Positions 1 to 12,204 of a DNA stretch of 64,000 nt are shown piece after piece. The DNA comes from the human T2T-CHM13v2.0 reference genome, Homo sapiens, in the NCBI RefSeq assembly GCF_009914755.1, contig NC_060928.1; one strand, written 5' to 3'. The notes beneath the pieces were generated by a model. The model saw only the letters and a list, made by a program, of their open reading frames with translations. It was not told the DNA's origin and searched no databases. Position 1 is the first letter of the stretch. Each line of letters opens with the position of its first letter. The position numbers and the translations under genes were made by a program.

Positions 1-1245
1 ATGTCAATAGCAAACAAGATCAACATTCTCTGTTTAGATATTATTCCAATCTATTGGGAAACCAACAAAAAAGTAAATAGACGTAAAGAACCTGTATAGC
101 ACAGATCCATATATTGATACAATTATACTTAGCCCCACTGTGATATCATTATACTTAGACTCACTGTTTGTTCATGCTAGAAGATATTTTCTACCAACAC
201 TGTGATATTTCTCTAAAGATATTATGGGGAATAACTAAAGGATCATAGAAATGGCAAATCTTGAAATTTACATTGTATAAGAAAGTGAACCAGAAGGAGA
301 AGAGAAAGGAAATTGAACCATCAGGAATGGGTTTACTATACTGGTTTGGATGTTTTGGTGACTAGTGCTTAGGTTGAAATTAAGAAATAGAATTGGAGGT
401 GTGAAAACAGAAGGTTTTATTCAGAGTGTAAAAATATTAGAATTGAAAATATTTCTTATGTAGTAGTTCTCTGCAATGTGATAGTACCTTGTTTGGCCAC
501 AGGTCTGAAAGAAACACAAAGTCAGATGGAAATGAAGGTGGTGAAAAATAATTTATTTTATTTTAATTAAATGTGAACAAAAACAACAAATATTCCTTGT
601 TAAATATATCTTATCTTAGCTTAGCTGATTTAAAATCTTTCTTCTCAAGCTGTTTCTAAATTTAACTTTATCCAGAGTTAAATCGGAAGATCCGATTCTT
701 GTTTTTTTCTCTTCTTTTAGTAAGTTTAATAGATACGTTACTTTGAAAAATAAGTTGTAAAACAAATTACAAACTGTAGATTAGAAAACTAAAAAAAATT
801 TAAGTGAAAATAGAATCCATTCGCTAGTTGAGCAGTCATGCCTCATTAACTAAATCTAAATTGTATTCTTGCATTTATCGACTATGAAGTGATCTTATCT
901 CTACAAAAGATAATACTTCTATTTAATTGATTGTAGGAAAAGAAGGAAAAGTGATAGCATTTTAAAAAAGACATTACCTTGTCTAAAACTATTGCTTTGC
1001 TACTTTAATTATAATTAAAGAATGACCTATTTAAGGGTCTTAAAGTCTTTTTTAAAGTAGGAAATATATAATTTTTTAAAATGAAAATTCTTCCTTTACA
1101 GTGGTTTAAAAGTTGTCCTCACAAAATAACTTCATTAAGTATTTTAAAATTTGAATTGCACCAGAAATTATTTTTACGAAAATGTTTGAATAAATAAACA
1201 CATTTTTTTTCAAGGGCATGGTTATCAGATGAAGGAAACTGTAAG

Positions 1246-1583
1246 CAGGGGTACACAACCCCCTGGCCACGGACTGGTACCGGTTGGTGGCCTGTGAGGA
1301 ACCTGGCCACACAGCAGGAGGTGAGCTTCAGGCAAGCTAGCATTACGGCCTGGGCTCTGTCTCCTGTCAGATCAGCTGGGGCATTAGATTTTCCTAGAAG
1401 CGCAAACCCTACTGTGAACTGCACGTGCCAGGGTCCTAGGTTGCACATTCCTTATAAGAATCGAATGCCTGATAATCTGAGGTGAAACAGTTTCATCCCA
1501 AAATGATCACCCCTTCCTCCATCCATAGAAAAATTATCTTCCACAAAACCGGTCCCTGGTGCCAAAAAGGTTGCGGACTGCTG
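1246..1583. mobile_element. MER1B (hAT-Charlie MITE)
   Basis: Starts CAGGGGTACACAACCCCCTGGCCACGGACTGGTACCGG and ends CCGGTCCCTGGTGCCAAAAAGGTTGCGGACTGCTG. These termini and the ~340 bp length match the recalled MER1B consensus. Confidence 0.9.
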
Positions 1584-2079
1584 CTGTGAAGGACCTCTAG
1601 TTGTTTTCATATAATTGAAAGTAATATAATTAAAATGCTATTAATTTTTTTAAAATAAATGTTCTTATTGTTTATAACAAAAATATCCTTGAATGGCAGT
1701 ACTTCTAAATTCAGCAAGCATCATATTCAATTTGAAATTTCATTGTGTAATATTTTAAAAATAGAAACATATATGTGAGAAAGGATGGATAGGAAAGCAA
1801 TATAATGCAAGAAGTACCCCTAATCCAACTGTCCAACTTAGAATTGTGCAAAAACCATTTATTTTCAAAAAATGAGTTTAAAAAATATACAAGACATATT
1901 TTTGTGTTATTCCCCAATTTTTATCCTCTTGTTTTCCTTCACCTAATGTACACACACTGTTGGATTTGTTGACACATATTTGTTTTATTTTACATTATTA
2001 ACAAAGTTCTTACCCGTATATGTATTACTTGATTTATTTGTTTGGGAGAATTACAAATGTGGTTGCATGTTCCACGCAT

Positions 2080-3600
2080 TTTTCTTTGACTTTCTTTTGT
2101 TAAAATTGACATTACTTTTTGTTGTCTTATTTTATTTTATTGAGACTACGAGTTTTGAAATCTATTCTGGTCATTTAAGTTGTTTCAGAAAGATATTTTA
2201 AAGAACAATACTGCAAAAAAAACCTTTTTTTTTGATAAATGTTCCCTGGAGATAATATGACAGAATTTCACCAGGATATTTACAGTAATTATTGTATATT
2301 TCATGTAGTATTTTACAAATATAGGACCTTTATGAAATAATGCAAATTGCTTTCCAAAGTGGTTATACCAAATCCCCATTTCTTTCAGCATTAACTAAGA
2401 GTTATAATGGCTTCTCATCATCAATAGAACTTGTTTTTTCCAGATTACTAATTTTTGCTAGTCTGGTGTACAGTAAAAGGAGTAATTCAGTGTTAGTTTT
2501 ATATTTGCCTAATTATTAACTATATTGAGCACCTGTTATATGTTTCTTGCCATTTGCATTTCTCATCAATTTTGTATTTATATATTATATACAATGAGAT
2601 ATATTACCCATTGTAGTTATTTTATATTACATATTATATATTACATCAATTGTGTGTATAAATATATACACATTATAATATACTATGTTAACCTTGATAA
2701 TCTTGCTGAGGCAGTACTTATAAAGTTTCTCCACCATAAAGTTAATCTTTTCCCTCCTTCCCATACTGGACTCTTTGGAAAGAGAACACTGTATGCAGCC
2801 CATGCCTAAGAAAGGGGAAGTTATTTTCTATCTCCTTGAGGATGAAGGATATATATATATATGGATATATATATATATATATATGGATATATATATATAT
2901 GGATATATATATATATGGATATATATGGATATATATATATATGGATATATATATATACACTCACACAATAATGGATGTACTTACATCCATTATTTGAAGT
3001 TTTTCTGCATGGGACATTAGTTACCCATCCATACTTAATTATTTTTCCTCCTTTTATATCAGTATAGACTCATATATATTTCTTTATTATTAGAATATTA
3101 TCCACTACTATTTCATTTCTTTGCTTGCTTAATCTGTTCCAGCTCAGGTCATTGGGGGGCCTTTGATTGATTCCTGTGTTCTTTTGACATACCTCTTTAT
3201 TGTACATGGTGTGTGTCTCTTAATGTGTTACTTATCATATAAAATATCTTATTCAAAACACCTTCTTCAGCTTTTCCACTTAAACTTTTTAAAAAAAAAT
3301 GTAAAATTACATTGTAATTTCAAAGATTATCTTTTCGAGTGCTACAAATATTGAGATTGGAATTGCATTGAAATCTGAAGATCAATTTGGGGAGATTTGA
3401 CATGTATATTATAATGTACCAATTATCTATAAATACATGTGTTTATTTAGGACTTTGTGTTGTCTTACAATAAAATTTTATATCTTCACAAATGGCACAT
3501 TCATTTTTTTGCTAGTTGCATTCCTAGGTGGCTAATATTTTTATAGAAATTACAAGCACTTTATATTTTAAATCTTATTTTATGTCTGTTGCTGATGTAT
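2080..3600 (-). mobile_element. Degraded old L1 (L1MC/L1ME-type) 3' and ORF2 fragments
   Basis: Antisense L1M-like tracts: CCAAAGTGGTTATACCA, GTTAACCTTGATAATCTTGCTGAGG...GTTTCTCCACCATAAAGTTA and GATTGGAATTGCATTGAAATCTGAAGATCAATTTGGGGAGA. Boundaries approximate. Confidence 0.6.
2847..2957. repeat. Compound (TA)n microsatellite punctuated by GG
   Basis: Repeated GGATATATATATAT blocks visible in the sequence. Confidence 0.95.
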
Positions 3601-3767
3601 GTCAAGGAACACTGGTAAAGGAGATTAACTGCAGGCACAATGGTGTTAGGAGCTCTGTTGACTGCTCCGTAGTGAAACTGGCAAAAATTATAAATAAATA
3701 AATATAAACAGCTATTTAAAGTCTCTAGAAATCATGCTAAGAGAAAACAGCGAATGAAGAAACATAT

Positions 3768-4470
3768 ATAAGACAAAGAAAATGACTGAGGCAAGTCTCA
3801 ATCAATTTAGAGGTTTATTCTGCCAAAGTTGAGGACACGTCCAGGAAAAAGGAACAACAAATCACAGGAACATTTGTGATTCATCCTTTCTCCAAAGAGG
3901 ATTTTAGGACTTCAACACTGAAAGGGAAAAGAGTGGGAAATAGGGAAAGAGGAAAGTAAAGAAAGAAGGACAAAAAAGGCAAAGAGTTCCATTCTTTTGG
4001 GACTTTGATGAGTGCTTAGTGAATTCACAGCTTCCATGTGAAAGGAGGGCAGTACAACAGTCAATTATGCATTTGTCTCACACTCAGTGAATCTAAATTT
4101 TTATATAAGATGAAGTATACACAGAGTAGAGGAAGCAGTCAAATAGGCATCTGTCTTAGGTGAGTGGAGGATTGACATCTAGTCCCATCTTTGTCCTGTA
4201 CCTGGAAAAATAAGCTGTTAATTTACAGTCAGGGTGAAAGTCAACAGAACTCTGTTTTGTGGTAAAAATCTTAGGGCCCACAAGGAATTTCCTTTTTAGC
4301 AGGTTGTGAGGGAGGCTATCTGGGGAGATACGTGGCCTTTTTATTTTTGTATCTATCTATTTAGGAACAAAATAGAAGGCAGTTTTTTTATATTTCTGTT
4401 CCCAAGCTTAACTTTTCCCATTGGCCTAGTGAGTTTGGGGTCCTGAGATTTTTTATATTCCTTTTACACA
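3768..4470 (-). mobile_element. MER4-family ERV1 solo LTR
   Basis: The reverse complement begins TGTGTAAAAGGAATATAAAAAATCTCAGGACCCCAAACTCACTAGGCCAATGGGAAAAGTTAAGCTTGGGAAC, a typical MER4 5' end. The element interrupts the L1 5'UTR. Confidence 0.85.
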
Positions 4471-5921
4471 TCTAATCAAGGAAATCTATAAAGATTCAGT
4501 AAAAAGTAGAGTCTGTGGTATTTGACCCGAGTCTTCTCCCTGTCTCCTGTCTCCTAGCTCATTGATTTGCATACTCTACTTAACAGAGCTGCAGTCAGGA
4601 ATACAGGGCTTCCTTTCCCACCAGAAATCAGTTAGAGGGATTTCTTCTCCGAGGACCAAAACATCAGAATTTCTCATCCTGCCACACCTACTTTTTGCTG
4701 GGGCTAAGTTCTGGGCAAGCATAGTTGACAGGTAGGGGAGGTCTCTTACGCCACCTCGTTCTACTAGTGGATCAGAGGTTTCACCTTGAGTACAGTCAGC
4801 TAAGAAAACTGGGCCCTCATCACCCTTTCCCTGGCTCAAAGGCAGTGATTCCACATCAAGAGAGGCAAACTGAGAGGTCCTCAGGATGTTGCCCCACTCT
4901 CCACCCAGTGCTTAGCTTCTAGAGCAGGAGTTTCTCTCTGTCCTCAAAGAAAACCTTGATATTGTGCACAGCCACACGTCCAGAGTGCTTGTTCAGAGAT
5001 TTTTGTCTGGGGAGAGAAGCAGATCATAAAGCACATACCTCCTAATCTCTTTCCAAAAGTCTGAATTCATTTGAAGCAGAGGGTAGAGAAACTCAAGCCT
5101 AAGGGTTGTCTGAAGAACAGTGGAAGTTGTAGTGAGGGAGAGTTGAGAGCAGGTTCAAGATACAAGCTAATCTGTAAGTAATATACTCTGCAGGACAGAA
5201 CTGGGGAACAAGGCTGCTCCGATAACCCCTACTGGGGTCAAAACAAGTATCTAACACTGACCTTGGAAACCATTTTCAAAAGAATTCTAATTTGACTGGA
5301 TTGGTTGTAGAAGAATGTATGCTCTAAGGCATTGTTGAAAACACTTGTTGAATTAATGGGCAATTAGTAGAGTGTGACAGCTTTGTATAGTCAAGGAAAG
5401 AGAGGAAGAGAATTAACCCAAACAATTGCCATCCCAGGATGACTGTAGGCAGATGCAAAGCTGCACCTCCCTTAGATTTAATATCACGAGTTTTAACCTG
5501 TGGAAGAAAAGGTCAAGTTTATGCAAATAATCTAGCCCATCACAGAACAAATAAAAAAGTGAAAACATTCAAAGATCCTGGGGGGGTGGGGGCAAAATAA
5601 ATAATACCCAGACATTCTACAATATACTGTTTAAAATGTCCAGTTTTCAACAAAAAATTCTGATAAAAAACAAGAAAATATAACCCCAAAACTAAGAAAA
5701 AAGGCAACAGAAATTGTCTTTGAGGTTGACCACGTATCAGATATATCAGAAAAATTATTCAAGAGAATCATTATAAACATGTTCACAGAACCAAAGGAAA
5801 CCATTATTAAGGAAGTAAGGCAAGGTATAATGACACTCTTGTATCAAATACAGATTGTTAATAAGTAGACAAATTATAAAAGAAGAACCTGATGAAAATC
5901 CTGGATTTAAAAAATATAGTA

Positions 5922-6213
5922 GACCAGGTGCTCAGGCCTATAATCCCAGCACTTTGAGAGGCTGAGACAGGTGTATTGCTTGAGCCCAGGAGTTCAAGAC
6001 CAGCCTCAGCAACACAGCAAGATCCTATTTCTACAAAAACTGACAAAATTACCAGGTGAGGAGGTACATGCCTGTAGTCCCAGATACTTTGGAGGCTGAG
6101 GTGGAAAGATCTCTTGAGCCCAAGAGGTCAAGGCTGCAGTGAGCTGTGATTGTATTACTGCACTCTAGCCTGTGTGACAGAGCAAGACTCTGACTCAAAA
6201 AAAAAAAAAAAAA
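5922..6213 (+). mobile_element. AluJ
   Basis: Dimeric Alu with J-type GCTTGAGCCCAGGAG and GGTCAAGGCTGCAGTGAGC, plus a poly-A tail. Confidence 0.9.
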
Positions 6214-6523
6214 GTTCGATAACTAAAAAGTTTAAACTTCATTAGATGGCCTCAAGAATATATTTACACTGGCAGGAGAAAGTCTATGCAGACTTGAAGA
6301 CTGACCAACAGAGATTTGTAAGCCAAAAAGCAGAAAGAAAAAGGAATAAAGAAAAATAATGTGAGCCTTGGAGAAATGAGGGTCACTATTAAGCACACTA
6401 ATGCATACATGCATAACGAAAACAACAAAATGAGAAAAGAAAGTCAAAGGAGTGGAAAAGATATTCAAATAAATAATGTGTGAAAACTTCCCTCATTTAT
6501 CGACAAACAAATTGCACATCCAG

Positions 6524-7105
6524 TGTGGGCACCAAGGCCTTTGTCCCTGTAAAGCTTCGCTGAGAAATCACTGACATGAGGCAGAGAAACTAGCAGGAGA
6601 AAAAGCACATCGATTTGTTTAACGTGTTTACACAGGAGCCTTATGAATGAAGAAGCAACTTCTCGATGAGTTATATAAACTTACATACAATCTTGAGGTT
6701 ATAGAAAGATTGAAGCCTTGGATCCTGGTAAGACAAGTCATGGAAGCTGGAGAAAAGGAATTCTACTGTGGAACAATAAATGATCACTAGGAACAATTAT
6801 TAGACTGGGAAACAGAAGTTAATTGTAAATTGCTCTCTGGAATTTAAACGAAGCTTGGAAACAATCAATCTCTTGAAGAAAGACTTGAACAGTTGTGGTT
6901 ACATTCTTGGTCTTCTTTCCTATAACAGATAATAAGATTACAGGGAATGGAAGGAAAATTGTTCTCTTTGGTGGGTTAGTACTATTTTTATGTACACAAA
7001 GGAAAAATTTCTTCTGGTGCTTGTTGTTGTCCAAGGATTTTTAATTCAAAATATTTACTATATAAATGAGCCATATTTTGGGGTGTAATATTTTGATTTC
7101 CTTCA
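6524..7105 (-). mobile_element. ERV1 MER4-group solo LTR (MER34/MER39/LTR49-like)
   Basis: TG...CA termini. The reverse complement starts TGAAGGAAATCAAAATATTACACCCCAAAATATGG. A 4-bp TSD-like pair CCAG/CTAG flanks it, and L1 ORF1 sequence resumes on both sides. Confidence 0.8.
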
Positions 7106-7531
7106 CTAGGAAGCCGAACAAACCCCAGGCAGGAGAAACACAAAGAGATTTACAAATAAACACATCATAGTAATAGTGCTGAATATCAAAGACATGGACA
7201 ATTATGAAAGGAGCAAGACAAAAATGATGCATTGCTTAGAGAAGAAGCTCACTAAGATTAACTGTTGTGTCCTGAGTCTAAACATTAAAGGACAGAAGGC
7301 AGTGGGGTAATATATTCTAAGTACTCTAAGGAAAAAACAGCCAACAATTCTAAGTCCAGCGAATCTTTAAAAAATGGAGGTAAAAAAGACTTTCCTACAT
7401 AAACGTAAAAGGAAATAATTTTCTGTTAGTATATTTGCCAAAGAATACTAAAAGTTTTTCTGGCTGAAAGCAAGTGATTCCACTGGTAATAAAAATTCAC
7501 AGGAAAAAACAAAGTGCAACAATTCATCTAG

Positions 7532-7825
<294 letters not shown>

Positions 7826-9954
7826 CAATTCATCTAGCTATGTTATTATACAAGAGAGTTTACAGGCATGCTTTTTCCTCTTTTCGTCCCTTTACAGATT
7901 TATAAAAAGCAAATATATTATATATATATTTATTTATATAATATATATAAAAAGCAAATATATAATAAAATATATGTATTAAATAATATGTATATAATGT
8001 ATTGTTGATACTATAACATATAGAAAAGTTACATGTGTAATATATTTAGCAATAATAACACAGAGAAGATAGATGAGGAAATGCTATATTAGGCAAAGGA
8101 AATGGCTGCATGTGGTAAAATAATATAACAACCTATTACTGGAATTGTAACATTAATAGATGTAATATGTATAAAATGATGCAACACAATAGGGGAAAAT
8201 GAATAAAGCTCTATAGGAGTAACATCTCTATATATCACTGGATCTAGGTTAGTATACATCCAAAGTTGATTCTGATCAGTTACAATATATGTTGTAAATT
8301 CTAGAGGAATGACCAAAACAAAACAAAAAAATTAACACAAAAATGTTTAATGACAAAATCACTGAAGAAATTAAAATGCTATATCAAAAACTATTCACTG
8401 CGAAAAAAGCAGAAGAGGAATATAGAAACAAAAAATAAGTGAGACATATAGAAACAGAATTAAAATTTTTTAGTTAATATAGTTGAAGATGTTGTCAACT
8501 ATGTCAATAGTAACATAAAATGTGAATGGGTTAAGCAATCTTATCATGAGGCAGAGATTGTCAGCCTAGATTTAAAAATATGATATAATTATATATTCTT
8601 TACATGGAATACAATTTGGATTCAAAAATACGAATAGATTGAAAATCAAAGGACGGAAACGTATATATCATGCAAATAGTAAACACAAGAAAGCTAGAGT
8701 GACTATAGTAATATTAGACAAAATAGACCTTAAAAAACGTTACCAGAGACAATGAGAGAAGATAGATATTTTATAATAATAAAAAGGTCAATTCATCAAG
8801 AATGTATACTTATAGTCACCTGTACATCTAATAACCTAGCACTAAAATACATTACACAAAACTTACAGAAAATAAAGGAGAAATAGAAAATTCAATAGTA
8901 ATACTAGAAACCTGCAATACTAAACATTTAATAATGGATACAACCACTAGACAGGAGATTAAAAAATAGAAGACTTCAAAAATTACATAGAACTAACAAA
9001 TATCTAAAGTACTCTCAATCCAACAACAACAGAATATACATTCATTTCAGGTGCTCATGGAACTTTCTCTAGGATATCTTCTAGGCTGTAAGACAAACTT
9101 CAACACATTTAAAAGGATAGAGATAAATGTATACTTTCTGACCATATGGAATGACATTAGAATCAGTAGCAGGAAAAATTTAGGGAACTCACAACTATTT
9201 AAAATTAAATAACATACTACTTAATAACCAATTGGTCAAATAAAAAAATCAAAGGGAAATTAGAAAATACTTTGAAATTAATGAAAATGTAGACATAACA
9301 TTTTAAAACTTTTGAATGAAGCTACAACAGTAGTTAGAGAAAAAAATTATAGCTCCAAAATATCTATATTAAGAAAAAGAAATACCTCAAATGAATAACT
9401 TAAACTTCTACCTTACAATTCTGGAAAAAGAAGAGCAAACTTAACTTACAGTGAGCTGAAAAAATAATAAAGATTAGAACAGAAACTAATGAAGAAAATA
9501 GAAAAACAATAGGGAAAATTAATAAAACTGAAAGCTGATTCATTGGAGAAGCTAACAAAATTGAAAAACCTTTAGATAGTCGGATCAAAGGAGAAAAATA
9601 AATGAAGATTCAATTTTTGGAATCTTAAAGGAAAGAGAGGACATTTACTACTGATCTTATTGAATAAAAAAGATAAAGGAATATTATAAACAACTATACA
9701 CAGACAAATTAGATAACTTAGATGAAATTGGCAAACTCTTAGAAAGATACAAACTAGTAAAACCAACTAAGAAGAGCTACAGAATCTGAGTAAATCTGTA
9801 AGTGAAAAGATTAACAAGGTAACAAAAAACCTACCCATAAAATAAGCCCAGGTACAAATGGCTTTACTGTTTAATTCTATCAAATATTTAAAGAATTAAT
9901 GCCAATTATTCACAAACTATTCCAAAAACTGAAAAAGGAAGAGACACTTTCCAA

Positions 9955-10082
9955 CTTAAGAAGCCAGTATTACTCTGATATTCAAACTTATGAGGCCAGT
10001 ATTACTGTGATACCCAAACTTAGGAGGCCAGTATTACTGTGATACCCAAACTTATGAAGCCAGTATTACCCTGCTATGAAAA
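9955..10082. repeat. 32-bp minisatellite, 4 copies, inside L1 ORF2
   Basis: Unit CTTATGAGGCCAGTATTACTGTGATACCCAAA starts at 9955, 9987, 10019 and 10051. Confidence 0.95.
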
Positions 10083-11339
10083 CTAGACAAAGACATCATA
10101 AAGAAGTAAAACCTCGCAACAGTATCTGTTATGAGTGTGGACGCAAAAATCTTCAACAAAATACTAGCAAATCAAACTCAGCAACATATAGAGAGATTCA
10201 TATGCCATGGTCAATGAGATATGAAAAGAATTCTAGGCTGGCTTATTCAAACATCAATCAGTGTAGTACACTATATCAACAGAATAAAAAACAAAAATTT
10301 CATAATAATCTTAACAGTTTCAGAAAAAGCATTTGACAAAACTCAATGCATTTTTATTATAAAAAGCACACAGCAACCTATGAATAGAGGAGAACATTTT
10401 CAACCTAACAAAGATCACTTATGAAAAACCTATGGCTAACATTATACTTAGTGATGAACACCTGGATGCCTACTCACTAAGACTGGGAACACAAAAAGGA
10501 TGTCACTAACACCGATCCCATTTAACATTATGCTAGAGGGTCTATCCAGAGGAATTAGACAAGAGAAAGAATAATAAAAGTCACCTATAATAGAGAGGAA
10601 GGAGTAATTCTATCTCTATTCACAGTTTATACAATCTTGTTGATCCTAAGGATTCCACTAAAAAACTATTGGAACAAATAAGTGAGTTCAGCAAAGTTGT
10701 AGAATAAAAAATTAATATAAAACATCAATTGTATTTCTATATACTTTCAACTCAACTGAAAAAAGTCTTAAAGAAAACAAAATTGTTAGGAATAAATTTA
10801 ATTAAAAATGCAAAATTTATTCTCTGAAAACTATAAAACATTGCTGAAAAAACCTAAGTATTTAGGAAAAATTTCCATGTTAATGTATCAGATACTTAAT
10901 GCTGTTAACAAGGCAATATTCCTCAAACTGATCTATAGATTCAACAAAATCCCCCTCAAATCCCAGATGACTTTTGTACAGAAAACTACAAGCTGATTTT
11001 AAAATTTATATACAACTGCAAGGGAACTAACATAACCAAAATTATCTTAAAAAGAAGAGCAAAATAGAAGACTCACTCTTCCTGATTTCAAAACTTACTA
11101 CAGTGCTGTGGTGCTCACGACATTTTGGTACCGGCACAAAGATAGACATATAAATCAATAAAATAGAGTTGACGGTGCAGAAATAAACCCACACATTTAT
11201 CATCAACATACTTAATAAGAGCGGCAAGACCATTCAACAGGGGAATAAAAAAGAATAGTCTTCTTCAACAAATGGTGCTGGGACCATTAGAAATCCACAG
11301 GCGAAAGAATGCGTTTAGATCCTTACTTTGAACTCTATC

Positions 11340-12200
11340 ACACTGCATTCTGCCTGTTACTTAAGGTTTTCATTTTTTTATTCTTTTTTTAAAATGTTAT
11401 GACTGCTTTTATTATTGACTTTTTTTAAAAAAAAAAGTATGATATGTATGTAAAAAATGTGTTTCCTGTAATTGCTGAATGTAGGAATCCTTATATTAAT
11501 ATTTCCATCAAACACATCTTGTCAATTACGCTCTTTGAATCTATATGGTATTTGTCACTGTTTTCGTGTATGTGCTCACGTGTATGACCAATGGATTAAT
11601 TATGTGTGAAAGTCATTTTCAAATATCTCACTATATTGATGTATTTCTTAATGTCTCCATGTATTTCTGTCAATTTATATATGCTGAACATATATTGTTA
11701 AGTGCATAAAAGAACGGCTACCCAAACTTTCATTTGATTGGCATTTGCTTGATATATTTTGTTTATACTTTAACCCATTTATGCCCGAGGTTGCAATTTT
11801 TTGAATTTTTGCCATCAGACCTTGGCGATGACTTTAAGCAGTAGGATATAAATAACTCCTACATACTTAGCGTTCCATTAATGGAACACTAGCCTCACCC
11901 CTTTTTATCTATTTTGAGTTATTTTTCTGTGAAGAGCATATAGCTGATTGTCTTTGAACTGTCAGTGTTAACCTAGTAAATTTAGAAGTCTGTCTATATT
12001 CCTTTATTTTATTAGTATTATATTTAAACTTTTTTGCATACTCTAATTGTTTACTTTTCTTTTGTCATGTATTTCTCATAGTTCTTTTCTCTTTGCACAC
12101 TTTCTTTTAAATTGAGTCGGTTTTCTCTTTTTATTCTTTTATATTCACTGCCTTAAACCTATGTATTCTGTTTTCATTCTATAGTTCTTACATTTTTTAT
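11340..12200 (-). mobile_element. Degraded L1ME-type fragment
   Basis: T-rich antisense ORF2-like tracts such as CAAATATCTCACTATATTGATGTATTTCTTAATGTCTCCATGTATTTCTGTCAATTT. Confidence 0.5.
11774..11892 (-). mobile_element. MER85 (PGBD3-derived piggyBac MITE), one terminal repeat lost
   Basis: TTAA at 11770-11773, then CCCATTTATGCCCGAGGTTGCAATTTTTTGAATTTTTGCCATCAGACCTTGGCGATGAC...CTTAGCGTTCCATTAATGGAACACTAG, matching the recalled MER85 consensus. The closing GCATAAATGGG-TTAA is absent. Confidence 0.92.
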
Positions 12201-12204
12201 ATCA

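Noticed and set aside
9955-10082. 32-bp repeats as a CRISPR-like array
   Set aside because: The units are head-to-tail with no spacers, derive from L1 ORF2, and lie in human DNA with no cas genes.
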